64,000 nt of DNA from Cladosporium halotolerans (GCF_011745625.1 NW_027191461.1:1-64000), one strand, 5' to 3'; counted from the first letter of the stretch, positions 1-12,563 are shown. Numbers and translations: made by a program. Notes: generated by a model not told the origin, from the sequence alone.

Positions 1-350
1 GGGAGGACGGGGTTGTGGAGGTTTTGGTGAGGTTGAAGGGGTTGGGGGCGTCTTGTGAGGGGGCGGGGCGCGGGGAGGCGTGGAAGGGGGGGTTGGAGGT
101 CGCGGCGGGGTATTTTGGGGGCGGGCTGGTGCCGCTCGTGCCGTATTTGGTTTTTGGCGGGTTGGGGGAGGCGTTTGTGGGGAGTTGTGTGGTTATGGTT
201 GCGGTGTTGTTTGTGTTTGGGTGGGTGAAGACGAGGTTGGTTGGGGAGGAGGGCGGGTGGGTTTGTGCGGGGCAGGGGGTGCAGATGGTTGTTATGGGGA
301 GTTTGGCGGCGGGGGCGGCGATGGGGTGTGTGAAGGCTATTGGTGGGTGA
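1..350 (+). CDS. CCC1: VIT1/CCC1-family vacuolar Fe/Mn transporter, 3' end only (gene starts left of the window)
   Basis: GYFGGGLVPLVPY...VLFVFGWVKTRL...QMVVMGSLAAGAAMGCVKAI matches the three C-terminal TM helices of VIT1/CCC1. Confidence 0.8.
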   Translation, partial: EDGVVEVLVRLKGLGASCEGAGRGEAWKGGLEVAAGYFGGGLVPLVPYLVFGGLGEAFVGSCVVMVAVLFVFGWVKTRLVGEEGGWVCAGQGVQMVVMGSLAAGAAMGCVKAIGG

Positions 351-409
351 GAGGGGGAGGTTCGCGCTGAGGAGGGTGGAAGCGTCGGCTGGACGCGCTC
401 TGATTGCCG

Positions 410-1771
410 CTATCTCGCTTTTATGGACTGGTCTTGGGTCTTGGACGACTCCTCGGTGGAACTCCCGACATCCGAGACGATAAGCCCGAGGATCCAGCAG
501 TTCACGCTGAAGAATACCGCGCTTGCCATCCAGAGTCCGGGAACGAAAGTTGAGTTGCCGAGAAACTCGAGCTCGAAACCTTGCTGCAGCCACAATGCCT
601 GTCCTACGATCCACGATACAAGAGCTGAAACGCCTAGCGCTGGCCGTCGAAGGAGTGACGATGTGGGTAGGTAGAAGGGCAGGAAGACCATGTACCAGAG
701 AAAGTACTTGAGCCTGTGTCAGCATATCGACAGTAATTCGTGCTTGAGATTGTACCTACCTGACTTGTGCAGACTTTGTTGAAGGTGACGAAGGCAAAGG
801 TCTGCGCAAGCATGGTGCTAGCGAGGTCCTTCTTGGCCAGTGCAATGGGCATTACGATCAAGGATAGAGCAATCTGAGGAATGAAGGCGAGAGATTCGAT
901 GCGAAGTCCCGAGGCAGTAGGCCGCTGAGAGCTCAGATGCAGCAGCGTGTTGTAAATAGAAAAGTTGTGGCGGTGATCAAGGCGGCTCAGATGATAGGTG
1001 TAGCTATGTTCAATGAAAGGCTCTCCGTACCTACCTGATTTCAGCGTCTATTGTATGAGAGCGTCATGATTTGAGAACGTACTGCTTGAACATTGCCACA
1101 TTCAAGAGCATGAAGGTGGAGAGGCTCGACAGTGCAAGGATCATTCGCTCTCGGCTCAGGAGACTGCGAAGTAAGTTCACGTCAAGCCCTGAATCAGCTC
1201 CGCCTAGCCACCAGAATATGCTGGCAGCATAGATGAAAGGATATATCTTGAAGTGAACACCAAAGCCAAGGAGACAGCCCGCGAGCATCGTGCGTTTCTG
1301 CAGTGCTGCCCACAGCAGACCAACCACAATGACCACGACAAGACCCTCGGAGCTGCCACGCGTGCTGATGTTGGCCACCATTGGGTTGAGTAGCCAGATA
1401 GAGGCGAACCTCATCGACCTCTCGGGCTCCATGCCCCGTCCACGCAAAATACGGAAGATCAGCCATCCGGTGACCACGTCGCCTGTGGCGAAGAGAGCCT
1501 TGCCGAATTCGAACCACATGCCACCCCAGGTTGTCGGATACAAGAGCCAAGCCAGGAGAGGGGTATAACGATAGGTGGCTCGCTCGTATGGCGAGCGGCC
1601 GTGGGCCAGGAATCGGGAGGCATCGGTGAAGACCAGGTAATCGATATCCGTATATTTAACAGGGCTATTGGCATCCTGCCATCGACCATAGAAAAGCAAC
1701 ACCAAACGAAGAACTATCGAGGCGGCGATGACCGCCCATGGCCTGGAGAAAAAGGGCGAAAGAAATGTCAT
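410..1771 (-). CDS. GPI14: GPI mannosyltransferase 1 (PIG-M), 2 introns (1031-1082 and ~707-760)
   Basis: VKYTDIDYLVFTDA, SPYERATYRYTPLLAW, NISTRGSSE, HFKIYPFIY, RLDHRHNFS and FNKVCTSQ/YFLWY motifs. Confidence 0.95.
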
Positions 1772-2344
1772 GATAGTCCTTGTGACCAGCAGGAGACAAC
1801 GGTGTTGCGTGATCCTTGAATGCGGTACTATAATTCAATAGAACACGTTCCCTGCCCCGGCGATCGTCACGCTGCTGCACGTCCAGAGTCGGGGCCTGCG
1901 TGCGCACCGGCGTGTCTGAGACCTCAGGCCTGCAGGCAAGCGGCGATGATGCCAGCTGCCAAGCCGACAGCCCTCCACACAAACGAAGGAGCAAGACGCA
2001 GCCCAACCGTGGAGCCTTGCTCGCCCTGGCCCATTACCTCACTCGCTCCTGCAAGAAGCACAGCTTGCCTAGTCTGCCTTCTCACGGCCTCACTTCGCCT
2101 TGCCCGCCTCACGCCTCAGCCGTATACCACCGCGCACCTACAACACTCGCCTACCCCCACCCGCGCACTCAACAGCTGGATCCACGGAGGCCCGCGTTTC
2201 CCCAACCGAACGCACGCGCGCGATCCTAGTTGTCCCCACGACAGCTGCATAGAAAAAGACTCGTCCGGCCAGGCGCGCCTACTATATTTTATCGAAGGAC
2301 CGAACACCCTTTGCGCTCCGCATACCACCTCCAACACCGCCAAA

Positions 2345-2905
2345 ATGACTGGAGAAGCTTGGTAGGACAGCTCGAAATGTCGCAGACCACGGCACCGCGC
2401 GGATTGCTGACATACCTCAAGGCTGTTTCTCCTCGCCGTGCTCCTCAATGCCGTCAACCTCTTCCTGCAAGTCTTCTTCACAATCATGTACTCTGACCTG
2501 GAATGCGACTACATCAACCCGATCGACCTCTGCAACCGCCTGAACATGTACATTGTCCCCGAGGCTGGTGTCCACGCGTTCTTGACCGTCCTGTTCTTGA
2601 TCAACGGCTACTGGGTGCCACTTATCCTCAACCTGCCTCTCGTGGCCTGGAATGTGAAGAAGTATGTACACTTGAGTCTGGTGCCGGATTTGCGGGGCAG
2701 ACCTCAGCTCGTACTGGGATCTTTATTTACTAACTATATCTACAGGATCCTCGAGAACCAGCACCTCCTCGACGCTACCGAGATCTTCAGGAAGCTCAAC
2801 GTGCACAAGAAGGAGTCTTTCATCAAGCTTGGCTTCCACCTGCTCATGTTCTTCTTCTACCTCTACTCCATGATCGTTGCTCTGATCAGGGACGAGAGGC
2901 GATAA
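2345..2905 (+). CDS. ERV14: Cornichon-family ER cargo receptor, 2 introns (~2362-2420 and 2662-2745)
   Basis: [47 protein letters not shown]...[11 protein letters not shown]...[17 protein letters not shown]. Confidence 0.95.
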
Positions 2906-3510
2906 GCGCGTACAGACCAACAACAAACTCCCCAGTACTTCTCGATTGTTGCAGAAATGCTGGTGGAGCGAAGCGATGCGCCGCAAATACCTAGGACGTA
3001 GGGGATATTATCAGAATGAAATGGCGGCGTAGGGAGAATTGTCGCGAGGGAATGGCGACTGGTGGAAGAGGGGTGAGGAATGCAAAGATAACTATGGTTC
3101 AACGTGATCACGAGAAAGATGTATATGCCTGCATGGGTACTCGGCGGCTTGATGAAAAGTTAAGCGTAATGGCGCGGATAGAGTATTCTTCAATGATAAT
3201 GTCATATGCATCCTTTTATCCTGCTCATGGCAATCTTGGTCTCCCAGTGAGTGGTTGGTTGGACACTGCACCGCAAATGCTTCTCTCTTTGCTGTCCAGA
3301 TGTCGCATGATCTGAGACGCATTTACCTATAGTAAACTCATATCATTGAATGCCTGAAGTTGGTGCCTGAAATTCAGCTTTGCGCCTGACTCGTGCGTCC
3401 AACTTTCATGCGGCCAAGCGATACCGATCGCTCAAGGTCCCCGCTACATCTTGCGCACAGCGACATTGACCTCGCCTTGGAACGAAGAGACTGCTCGTGT
3501 GCGCCCAAAC

Positions 3511-4989
3511 ATGTCTCTCGTTCCCGCACGCAACGGCGCAAACGCGCCGCCAGCGCGCAGCTCAGACCTAGCTCGAGACGTCGGCAAGACGTCGACGAAG
3601 GGCAAGGTTCCCACTGGATACGCCGAGGAGATCGCGATATCGGAGCAAAGCTTCCGCAGCCTGCACCGCGAAGTGCAGAGTCAGCAGTCGGTGGGCAAGA
3701 AGCGCAAGCGCGAGACCAAGGGCGACAGCGGAGTGGTCTACGGCGCAGGCGCGTACAAGGGACCATGGGCGAAGTACGAGGAGCGCATGATCGACAGCGA
3801 CAGTGGCGAGGAGGTCGAGGTTTCGGGCGATGAGAGCGGAGAGGAAGTGATTTATGAGGAGGATGCTATTGCGGCTGTGCCGGGCAGAGGCACGCTTGCT
3901 GGCACGGGATACGAGGAGACGAGCGCGGAGAAAGAGACGAGCACATTCGAGGGCACGGAAGAGCGCGATTACCAGGGTCGGACGTACATGCATGTGCCTC
4001 AAGATCTGGGTATCGATCTTGTGTCTGACTTTGAGAATCTGGACCTCAAATGCTATACACCGAAGAAGCTGGTGCACACTTTCAAGGCGCATGGGAAGAA
4101 CGCACATGAGAAGGCGCTCACGAGTCTGAAGTTCTTCCCCAACAGCGGACATTTACTTCTGAGTGCTGCTGCGGATGGAAAGGTCAAGCTTTGGGACGTC
4201 TACCATGACCGCGAGCTGCTGCGATCATACAATGGACACACGAAGAGCACCGTGGATGTCGACTTCACACCCAACGGAACCAAGTTCGTAACAGCATCTT
4301 ACGACAAGCAGATGAAGGTCTGGGACACAGAAACAGGTCAATGCACTGGTCGATTCAGCACAGGTTCCACGCCGCACGTAGTACGATGGCAGCCGGAAGA
4401 TCCTTCGGGCAAGGAGTTCCTGGCTGGTATGCACGACAATAAAATCGTGCAATTCGACACTAGAGCCGACGACAAGAAGCCGGTACAAGAGTACGACCAC
4501 CATCTCGGGCCAGTCAACACGATCACATTCTGTGACGAAAACAGACGGTTCGTCACAACATCTGATGATAAGTCTCTGCGCGCATGGGAGTACGGAATTC
4601 CTGTTCCCATCAAATTCATCGCCGAACCTTACATGTTCCCTATGGTCAAGTCTGCGACGCATCCCAAAGGGTACATCCTTCTGCAGTCCTCGGATAACAC
4701 GATCAAGGTCTATTCAGCAGGTGACAAGATCCGGCAGAATCGGAAGAAAGATTTCAGAGGTCATAATAATGCCGGATATGCCATCGACGTCGATGTGTCG
4801 CCCGATGGCGGTATTGTTTCTAGCGGTGATTCGGGCGGATTCGTCTGCTTCTGGGACTGGAAGACGTGCAAGATGTGGCACAAGATCAAGGCCAGTGATT
4901 CGGCGGTCATCACGACGAAGTGGCATCCGAGGGAGACCAGTAAGGTGGTGACTGGCGATGTGAATGGTGTGATCAAGTTCTGGGATTAA
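3511..4989 (+). CDS. CDC40: Pre-mRNA processing factor 17 (WD40 repeat protein), intronless
   Basis: YKGPWAKY, ERDYQGRTYMHVP, QEYDHHLGPVNTITF, TTSDDKSLRAWEYGIPVPIK, and C-terminal WHPRETSKVVT...IKFWD. Confidence 0.95.
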   Translation: MSLVPARNGANAPPARSSDLARDVGKTSTKGKVPTGYAEEIAISEQSFRSLHREVQSQQSVGKKRKRETKGDSGVVYGAGAYKGPWAKYEERMIDSDSGEEVEVSGDESGEEVIYEEDAIAAVPGRGTLAGTGYEETSAEKETSTFEGTEERDYQGRTYMHVPQDLGIDLVSDFENLDLKCYTPKKLVHTFKAHGKNAHEKALTSLKFFPNSGHLLLSAAADGKVKLWDVYHDRELLRSYNGHTKSTVDVDFTPNGTKFVTASYDKQMKVWDTETGQCTGRFSTGSTPHVVRWQPEDPSGKEFLAGMHDNKIVQFDTRADDKKPVQEYDHHLGPVNTITFCDENRRFVTTSDDKSLRAWEYGIPVPIKFIAEPYMFPMVKSATHPKGYILLQSSDNTIKVYSAGDKIRQNRKKDFRGHNNAGYAIDVDVSPDGGIVSSGDSGGFVCFWDWKTCKMWHKIKASDSAVITTKWHPRETSKVVTGDVNGVIKFWD

Positions 4990-5661
4990 TACCTTCAACC
5001 AGCAAAGCACGATTAGTCACGAATATGTAGCGTACAGCGATACCCCGTCCACGAAATCTCCCAACCTGCCAATCCATCGTGCCCAGTAATATGACGAAGT
5101 CAAGCTTAGTTGCATACAAGGATCGGAAAGAAGACTTGGACAGACACTTGTCAACTCAGCTGAGGTAGTCATGCGGATTGACGTACAATAGCGTCAACCT
5201 CATCCTTCTCGCGGGGACAAGAAGAGACATTGTCTAGATCAGCCTTTGTGCTTTGTGGGGTGCATTGAATCCAGCAGCCATTGCTCCACGATCGCGATCT
5301 GATGTCTTGTGATCATGATAACATGCGATCTGTCAGCTCGTTGCGTATGGAGATTTGGTAATGACACCGGACATGCTCATGATCCAGACGGTGTATCGCG
5401 TCGCGAGCGCGTTAAGTGCATACATCATCGACAGGCGATGATGCTATTGCTGCGTAGGGTCCAGCTATGCCTTGATTCTTGCTACAGTAGTACTTGTCCC
5501 TAGTGGCCTTGGCTCCGCGGACGGCCTCTTGTACCCGAGATCACATATAATACGAGATGCCATTGCGCCTCTGAATAAACGCGGCAATTCTTGATTCCTC
5601 TACAACCATTACTGCAACAACTTCACATTTTAATACTCAATCTCCAATATCCAATACAAAA

Positions 5662-6038
5662 ATGGAGGGCCTATCCCCCGAAGACAAAGCCAACAAGATC
5701 CGTGGTTTCCATGCGTACGTGTCGCACCAGTATCCTTTGGGCATGCTGCTTACCAAGATGTAGCACCCTGAGCAACGACAGTGTCTCTCAAGAGGCAAAG
5801 GAGCACGCCCAGGAGCAGCTCAAGGCTCTGGGCGCTGGCAACTTCGACTATGAGTCCAAGGTTCCCGACGAGCAGGACAAGAACCCTGGCAACGTTGCCG
5901 GAGGTCTCAAGGCGTAAGCGACACTACATCCTGCATATCTCGCGTTTCAGCACACTGACATTGCGCAGTGCGATGCACAACCCCAATGTCTCCGCCGAGG
6001 GAGCGAAGGATGCGGAGAAGAAGCTCAACAACATGTGA
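5662..6038 (+). CDS. con-6: Conidiation protein 6 (Con-6) family hydrophilin with two Con-6 repeats; introns ~5715-5763 and ~5914-5968
   Basis: Spliced product MEGLSPEDKANKIRGFHATLSNDSVSQEAKEHAQEQL...KNPGNVAGGLKAAMHNPNVSAEGAKDAEKKL; KNPGNVAGGLKA..NPNVS is the Con-6 signature; TATATAA at ~5545. Confidence 0.88.
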
Positions 6039-6597
6039 GGAGCCGACCCAGGATGGTTGAATGTTCCTGTCACTGGCAGTACATGTGGCAGCTTTATGAA
6101 TCAAGAAACGTACGCTGTACAGTATTCATGACACGATTTGACGCAATTGGAAACACCTCCACTAGCCGCCAAGAGGTGTGCTGTCATGGGAGTACTTGAC
6201 TCGCGCAATGTCATTCCAACTACGAGCATTCGGATTGTCTACACCCGTGGCGCCGCGATTACAGTTGCGAATGAGTGATCATCGAATCCATAGACCACAA
6301 AGTTTCTCGAGGCACGGGTAGTACGAGTAGCTGCACTGACCTGTACCGATTTGCCACTGTCATGAAAGAAAGCGGGGGCGACGTGCAATACCTTCCCTGA
6401 TATGGTCAATGCACCGATTTGCAATATATCGCCGTTGCCAAAGACACCGTTGCTTGTACAAAATGCTCATCAATTCGATCGAAGGAAGAATTATTATCCT
6501 CGGATAGTATCTGTGCCTGCAGAAAGAATCCTTGGTTCGAGGGAACCACCTTCAGTGCCGCCGGACTTCAACTCCGGCGGTTTACATCCGAGTGGCC

Positions 6598-8097
6598 ATG
6601 CCGCGTGAAAGCGACAGAGCCCTAACCGCGAGAAATGCCCAAGCTCCTCCAACACAGATAGACCTTAACAGCAGTTTAATATCATGGGAGCCAAGTCACT
6701 CGCGGGGAACCCGAGGTCCCTCTGCGTCGGCGGCAGAAAGCCGTCGCAGAATCCGTGCCCACGCCTCAAGGTCGAGCGCAGTCCAGCGCAAGACCACTAT
6801 TGCCAGCAGAGCTCAGCAGCAAAAGCAGCAAGTACAGCAAGTACAGCAAGCAACTCCTCCCCGTACACCTGACGAGGTCGGCCAAACGGCGATTTCGCAA
6901 GCACAGCGCCTCCATGCAGCTCTCGTCCAGTCGAATCTGGCATCCGTCCACTCGGCCTCTGCACATTATGTCGACTTCCAGGAGTTCGTGAGCGTAGTCG
7001 AAGGCCTACAATCGCAGAAGAACTGGCTCAATCGGGCTTTACGAGAGACGACGCTGGCACAGACTTCCATAAGGAGAGACATGCGTGGCGCTATGACAAT
7101 CAGCCCAGCATTGTTCCAGGCTACTCTGTTCATCTCGGGGACTTTTAGCAACACGTGCGGCTTGTCTTACGCGGACGTCAAACTAGGCGTCGGCATGGCT
7201 TTCATGCGAGGCGCATCGCTGGAGGCAGTCAGGAGCGCCATCACCGGCGCCGAAGGCGAACATTGGATCTCTTTGGCCGTGGCCCTGCTGGCAGGCTGGG
7301 AACTACGCTTCGGCGACCGAGAATCTTACGCCATCCATATGGGGGCATATCGACAGATGTTCGGCTGCCCTCTCGCACTAGAAGAGAACAGCACGGCGCG
7401 GATGCGCGACTTCGCCTGGGAGACCCTGCGCGAGCAGCTGAACGACCTCACCATCTCGGCGCCCATGCGGAGCTCCAGGCCGTCCCAGTTCTGGCGCACG
7501 CCGCAAGGGTTCGACGTCTTCGCGCCTGCCGTCGCGCCCGAGGTGAAGAGCCTGCTGTCGATCATTCGTGATCTGATCGCTTTCGACCCAGAGCCGCTCG
7601 AGAATCTTCCGCGGATTCGGAACATCGGCCTAATGACCATGTCGTGGAGCCCTCACCACGGCGAGTCTTTCGAGCCGTCAGAGACGTTCGAGGGGCATTG
7701 GGACGCCGCTGAGCTGATTGCACTGCTGCACGTGCGAGCCGCCGTCCTGTCTATCGTGGCTCTCAACTCTCACATCTGCCACACGAGGCATCGGGCGAAA
7801 TCTTACCTCGACATCATGGGCGCGGCAGACGTGCACGCGTATTCTTGCGGGCACTTGAGAACGGATGCGTTGATCGGGACGAAGTACCAGTACGCTGCTG
7901 TCTGGGCTCGGTTCGCTATCGCTTCGGTGTCGCGAGATCCGTCTCGCGACGCGTGGCTGGTGCCATGGCTCAAAGCCACCAATATCAGGACATGGGAGTC
8001 TCTGCGGGCGCTCATGTCCCAGCATATTCTGCGCGATGAGTTTGAGACCCAGGCTCGCATTCTGTTCGACGCCATTTCGCACGAGCTGTCGGAATGA
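6598..8097 (+). CDS. Fungal-specific hypothetical protein, transcription-factor-like, without a Zn2Cys6 cluster
   Basis: ~500-aa ORF; N-terminal basic RRRIRAHASR motif, a Q-rich stretch, and a central helical region (ALFQATLF...LAGWELRFGD..SYAIHM) typical of fungal TF-associated proteins. Confidence 0.6.
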   Translation: MPRESDRALTARNAQAPPTQIDLNSSLISWEPSHSRGTRGPSASAAESRRRIRAHASRSSAVQRKTTIASRAQQQKQQVQQVQQATPPRTPDEVGQTAISQAQRLHAALVQSNLASVHSASAHYVDFQEFVSVVEGLQSQKNWLNRALRETTLAQTSIRRDMRGAMTISPALFQATLFISGTFSNTCGLSYADVKLGVGMAFMRGASLEAVRSAITGAEGEHWISLAVALLAGWELRFGDRESYAIHMGAYRQMFGCPLALEENSTARMRDFAWETLREQLNDLTISAPMRSSRPSQFWRTPQGFDVFAPAVAPEVKSLLSIIRDLIAFDPEPLENLPRIRNIGLMTMSWSPHHGESFEPSETFEGHWDAAELIALLHVRAAVLSIVALNSHICHTRHRAKSYLDIMGAADVHAYSCGHLRTDALIGTKYQYAAVWARFAIASVSRDPSRDAWLVPWLKATNIRTWESLRALMSQHILRDEFETQARILFDAISHELSE

Positions 8098-8514
8098 TGA
8101 TATCTGCCATTGTTGCAGCCGAGGGCGTTCCCTTTTTTTTATCTTGTTTTTTTCTGTCCCAGCATTTTGAGCGCAGTAAATACCTCCAATCGTTACTTTG
8201 CTTGTTCATATGCACTGTGAGCCCGATCAAGCCGGGTTGTACAAAATACGAGAAGGATGCCTAAGGATTGGGAGTGGGCTTGCATCTACCTGCTCAATAT
8301 GGTCTGTCAGGTAGCTGTGATGTTGGCTGCTCGCCTCAGGTACGTTGAGCAGTGCAGATGAAGGCCGGATAATAGATGTTAGAAATTGAACATTGGAGCT
8401 GGATGAAGAATGAAATCGTGCATTCATAGTTGTCTATATCGTCCCGCGTGCCATGCCGGCGTGCGCAGACTCGACTGTAAAGTGGCCACTATGGCCCGCG
8501 AAAGAATCCAAAAT

Positions 8515-10388
8515 CTACAAAACCTCCTTCCTCTCCTCGCTGTTGCCTCCGCTGGAGTGCCTGTCCGCCTCTGCCTTCTCGCTCTTGCCGCCAGCCACGC
8601 CCTGGGCGGCAGCAGAGTTGGTCCTGCGGGTCATGCCGGCCTCGAGGAACTCCTGCTTCCTGTTGCCGTAGCGGTCGTACATGAAAGGCTCCTTGATGGA
8701 GATGGGGACGACGTTGAAGACGTTGGTGGACTTCTTGAAGATCGTGTCCATCTCCTCGAGCGAGCGGTAGCGAGTCTCGGGGAAGAAGAGGTAGACGGTC
8801 GGGAAGATGAAGGCGTTGATCACGGCGAAGATGATGTAGGTTTGGTAGCCGATCGTCTCGAAGGCGACGGGCGTGATCATCACGACCATGAAGTTGAAGA
8901 TCCAGTTGCCCGAGGTCGATAGGGCGTTGGTGGGCGCGCGGATCTTCAGCGGCACGATCTCGGCGGGGTAGAGCCAGGTCATGCCGAGCCAGCCGATGGC
9001 GAAGAAGCTATTGAAGACGAAGAGGAAGACGGCCTGCGCGATACCCGCTTGGGTGTTGACGTTGTCCGGGTCGAGGGTGACGAAGTAGTTGGAGATGGCG
9101 AGCGCAGCCATGGACAGAGACATGCCAGCGGCACCGAAGAGCATCAAAGGTCTACGGCCAACCTTCTCGACGATGAAGATAGGGATGAAGGCAGCCATGA
9201 GGTATTCGGTACCGTTGCAAGCCGCGAGAAGCTTGGGATAGTTGTTCTGGCCAAGACCGATTCCAGCGTAGAGGGTGGGCGCGTAGTAGGTGATGAGGTT
9301 GATACCTGGAAGTAATTAGTTTTGACGCCAAGAAGAGACATCTGATCATCTTACCGGAGATCTGCTGGTACATCTGGTTGACGTACGCAAGCACAACACG
9401 GTGGAACTCGCGGTAGTCGGACATCTCGAACAAGCTGCGGTATGATCCCTTGGACATCTCGACAACAGTCTGCTTGACGTCGTCAAATTCCGTAATAATG
9501 TTCGGGTCGTCGCGCGACATGTCGTTGACATATTCCAGAACTTCCAAAGCCTCATCTTCTCTGCCTTTCATTACTAGCCAACGCGGGCTCTCGGGGAGGT
9601 TCATGATGGTTCCGAAGATGATCAAACAGAAGACGATTTGGAAGGCAAGAGGGAACCGCCATGCGACCTCATTGTCACCGATCCAGGCACTGAATATGTC
9701 AGCATATATCTCCTAATAAGAGGTGCTAGAAGTCGCTTACAAGCCATAGTTGATCCAGTAGCTGATGGTAATACCAGCCGTGATCAACATGCCCTCGATC
9801 ATGACCAGCTTACCGCGCTGGTGAGACTTGGCGGTCTCGGACTGCCACATGGGCACAGTACTGGTGTTCATTCCGTTGCCCCAGCCAGTGACCAGTCGAC
9901 CAACACTACGACTTTGTAAGTGGGGGTCAATTTCATGTTCGCAGATGCATACTCACATCCACTGAGGAAGGTCGTAGGAGGTGCACTGGAGCAATGCGCC
10001 AATAGTCATGATGATCGAACCGATGAAGATGGTCTTCTTGCGACCAAGAGCATTGCCGACGAAGATGGTGAAGACAGCACCACAGAAACATCCTAGGTTG
10101 TAAGATGCGACTGCGATACCCTGGTAAGTCGATCGGGTGCCTCGCGGGAGGTCAGAGGTGTTGAGTTCTTCGACGGTGTTGATTGACGGGAAGTATTTGA
10201 CGAAACTGGGCAAGTCGAGAAGGCCTCCCGTCACGCCTTGGTCGTAACCAAAGAGCCTAGATATCGTCAGATTGAGTTGCTTGAGAAGACAAGGACGTCA
10301 CTAACAGGAAGTCCAGTCCGGCAATGAACGAGATAGCATAGCTAAGGGTGTCGCCCCGCATGCCATAGTATTTCTTGACTCCCAGCAT
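8515..10388 (-). CDS. MFS sugar porter (STL1-like sugar/glycerol:H+ symporter), 4 introns
   Basis: LFGYDQGV, GRKKTI, PMWQSE, PESPRWL, QQISGINLITYY, GRRPLML, WLYPAEIVPL and PETRYRSLEEMD motifs. Confidence 0.93.
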
Positions 10389-12563
10389 CTTGAAAGCCAA
10401 AGGGTCCAGTCAATGGCTGTGTGGTGATGCGGATGTGACAAGTGAGAGTCGCGTGTCTGCAGATCGGGAAGAATGTCGAGACATGTGGGGGATGCGAGCA
10501 TATAAAGGGTAGCAGCACCAACATGCAGCGCCCAAGGGCCGGGGCTAATTCTCCCTCCATCAATAGCGGCGGGACCCCCATGACCATGTGGCACATGAGA
10601 GCATGTTCTTGGTCTTGGCCGATGAGACACGCATCGCATTGGCCCCAACAGCGTCCGCGCGGACGTCGAGTGCGCACCGTCCGCGGCGGACTCTCGTAGC
10701 GCCCAAACAGATGCGACGCCCCAGCATCTCCGCACCCACACAGACTGGGGCCGAGCCTGGAGAGGCCGACGACAGAATTGATGTCACATCGCTGGTGCTG
10801 TGCGCGCCGTCGGTTTCCCTCAAACGGGCAGCTAGCCTCGTTGGCCACACGTAACGGCCGGAGTTATCGGCAGCGGTAGGGTTTGGGTTCGTCCATCATG
10901 CGGCTCTGCGGGCTCTACTGTAGACGCCACCGCGCTTAAATTGTGTCGCCCTGCGATTCAACAGAGACGTCTCACGTTTGTGATTTTGACCAACGCGCGC
11001 ACACCTGAAGTCAAGCCTGGCCAGCGAATGCCACGCTGCTAAGAGTATGCAGCAGCCTCTTGACCGGCCAAGCTCACCGTCACGCCCACATATCAAGCGT
11101 GCCCAGAGGAGCTGAGCACACGGCTTAGCGAAGAGGGATCGGGCGCGTCGGGTTATGACAAGACGCTAGTTCCGACTCTTTCCATTGATCGGCGTATCGG
11201 CCATGTGCGCCACTGACGAACGCCGAAAAGTGCTTGTCTTCGCGACACAGCTGCGTCGGCCCAATCACACATTTTCCAGCCTTGCAGATTAATCTCCCGC
11301 ATCATAATAACAATGCTCGCGAAGCCGCCGCAGCCGTGGAGGTGCGAGCCTGGCGCTTGCGCAGGATTGCCTTCCCCTTCTCGTGTCGTCATCCTTCGCG
11401 GTGGCTCTCGGCTTCCCTCTTTGGGACAAGTCCGACGAGACTCCAGCTCCACCTCCATCGCTACATGTGTGGAGTCGCCACGGGGTGTGCGAGTGGGTCA
11501 GTCCACTTTCCCAGCGGCTCAGAGTGCGCAAGACAAATTGTCGGGTGCGACTCTCCAATTGTTCGATCGAGAGATCGGCGTCATCGACGTGGAAGCTTTC
11601 GGTCCTTTTCTCAGCCGTCTGTCACCCTCGGCCGGATTGTTTCTGAGCCAAGACCTGAGCAGTCACGTTCATTGGATTCACGAGATGGTAATAATTAGCC
11701 TGTTAAGGGCTCAGTCGATCGTCGAAGCAGGTGCAGCCGCTCAAAGGGTCTTTGGCATGTATGTTGAACCTCTGGCAGCATTGAAAATAGCAGCGCGATT
11801 CAGTGGAACCGAAGGTCGAGACTTCGAAGAAACCAGCGGGGTCGCGCGCCTTGTATGCGATCGACATCACCGGCAACTCTGTATGGAGTCCCAGCGTGCG
11901 CCTGCCCAGCGGCAGCACGTGGCAGTGGGAAGATCAATGATGTGCAGAAGCGCCAAGGCCGCAGTATCGCAACGCTTGAAGATGTTCGCGCGTTCCGTAG
12001 ATCGGGCACCAAGCTTCATCCCGACGAGATGTCTCGCAGCTTGGTAAGGGAAAGCATTGTAGGCATTTCTCGTCACCTAGAAGGGGCGAGTCATGCGTAT
12101 ATTACGAGTCAAGCATAGACGGCAACGCGGGCATCTCGCCGTACGGTGAGGATAGCCCGACGGAGTACTAGTTCATCGCGATTGCTCAGCCGCGTGTCGG
12201 AGATGAGCGAACGGATGCCAGAGCTTCCTCGGAAATTGTTACAGCGTGCTCAGGTAGCCTAGACTTCACTTGCCCTTTGTAGCGTGCTCGAGTCTCGTGG
12301 GAGGTTTGTCGTTTGCGAGCATGAACGGCTAGCTCCGAGTGATACAGGCTTCCTCGGATCAAACCAGTCCGCGTCATTGTGGTGCGATATCAGATAGCAG
12401 CTAGCTGAAGCTAGAATTAGTACTGTAACATCTACGGTCCACCAGATTGTGGGCTACTGCCAGGGCTGTTGCCATCACTCTTCACAGGGTGTCCGTCTCC
12501 CCGGTGCCTGAGAGGTATTGATTAGCACTGACCCACTGTGGAACTGTGTTGCGAGCTAATGAA

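Noticed and set aside
11153..12118. Several overlapping ORFs (up to 244 aa) between the transporter and the LCB1 pseudogene
   Set aside because: No motifs, no codon bias and no splice-consistent model
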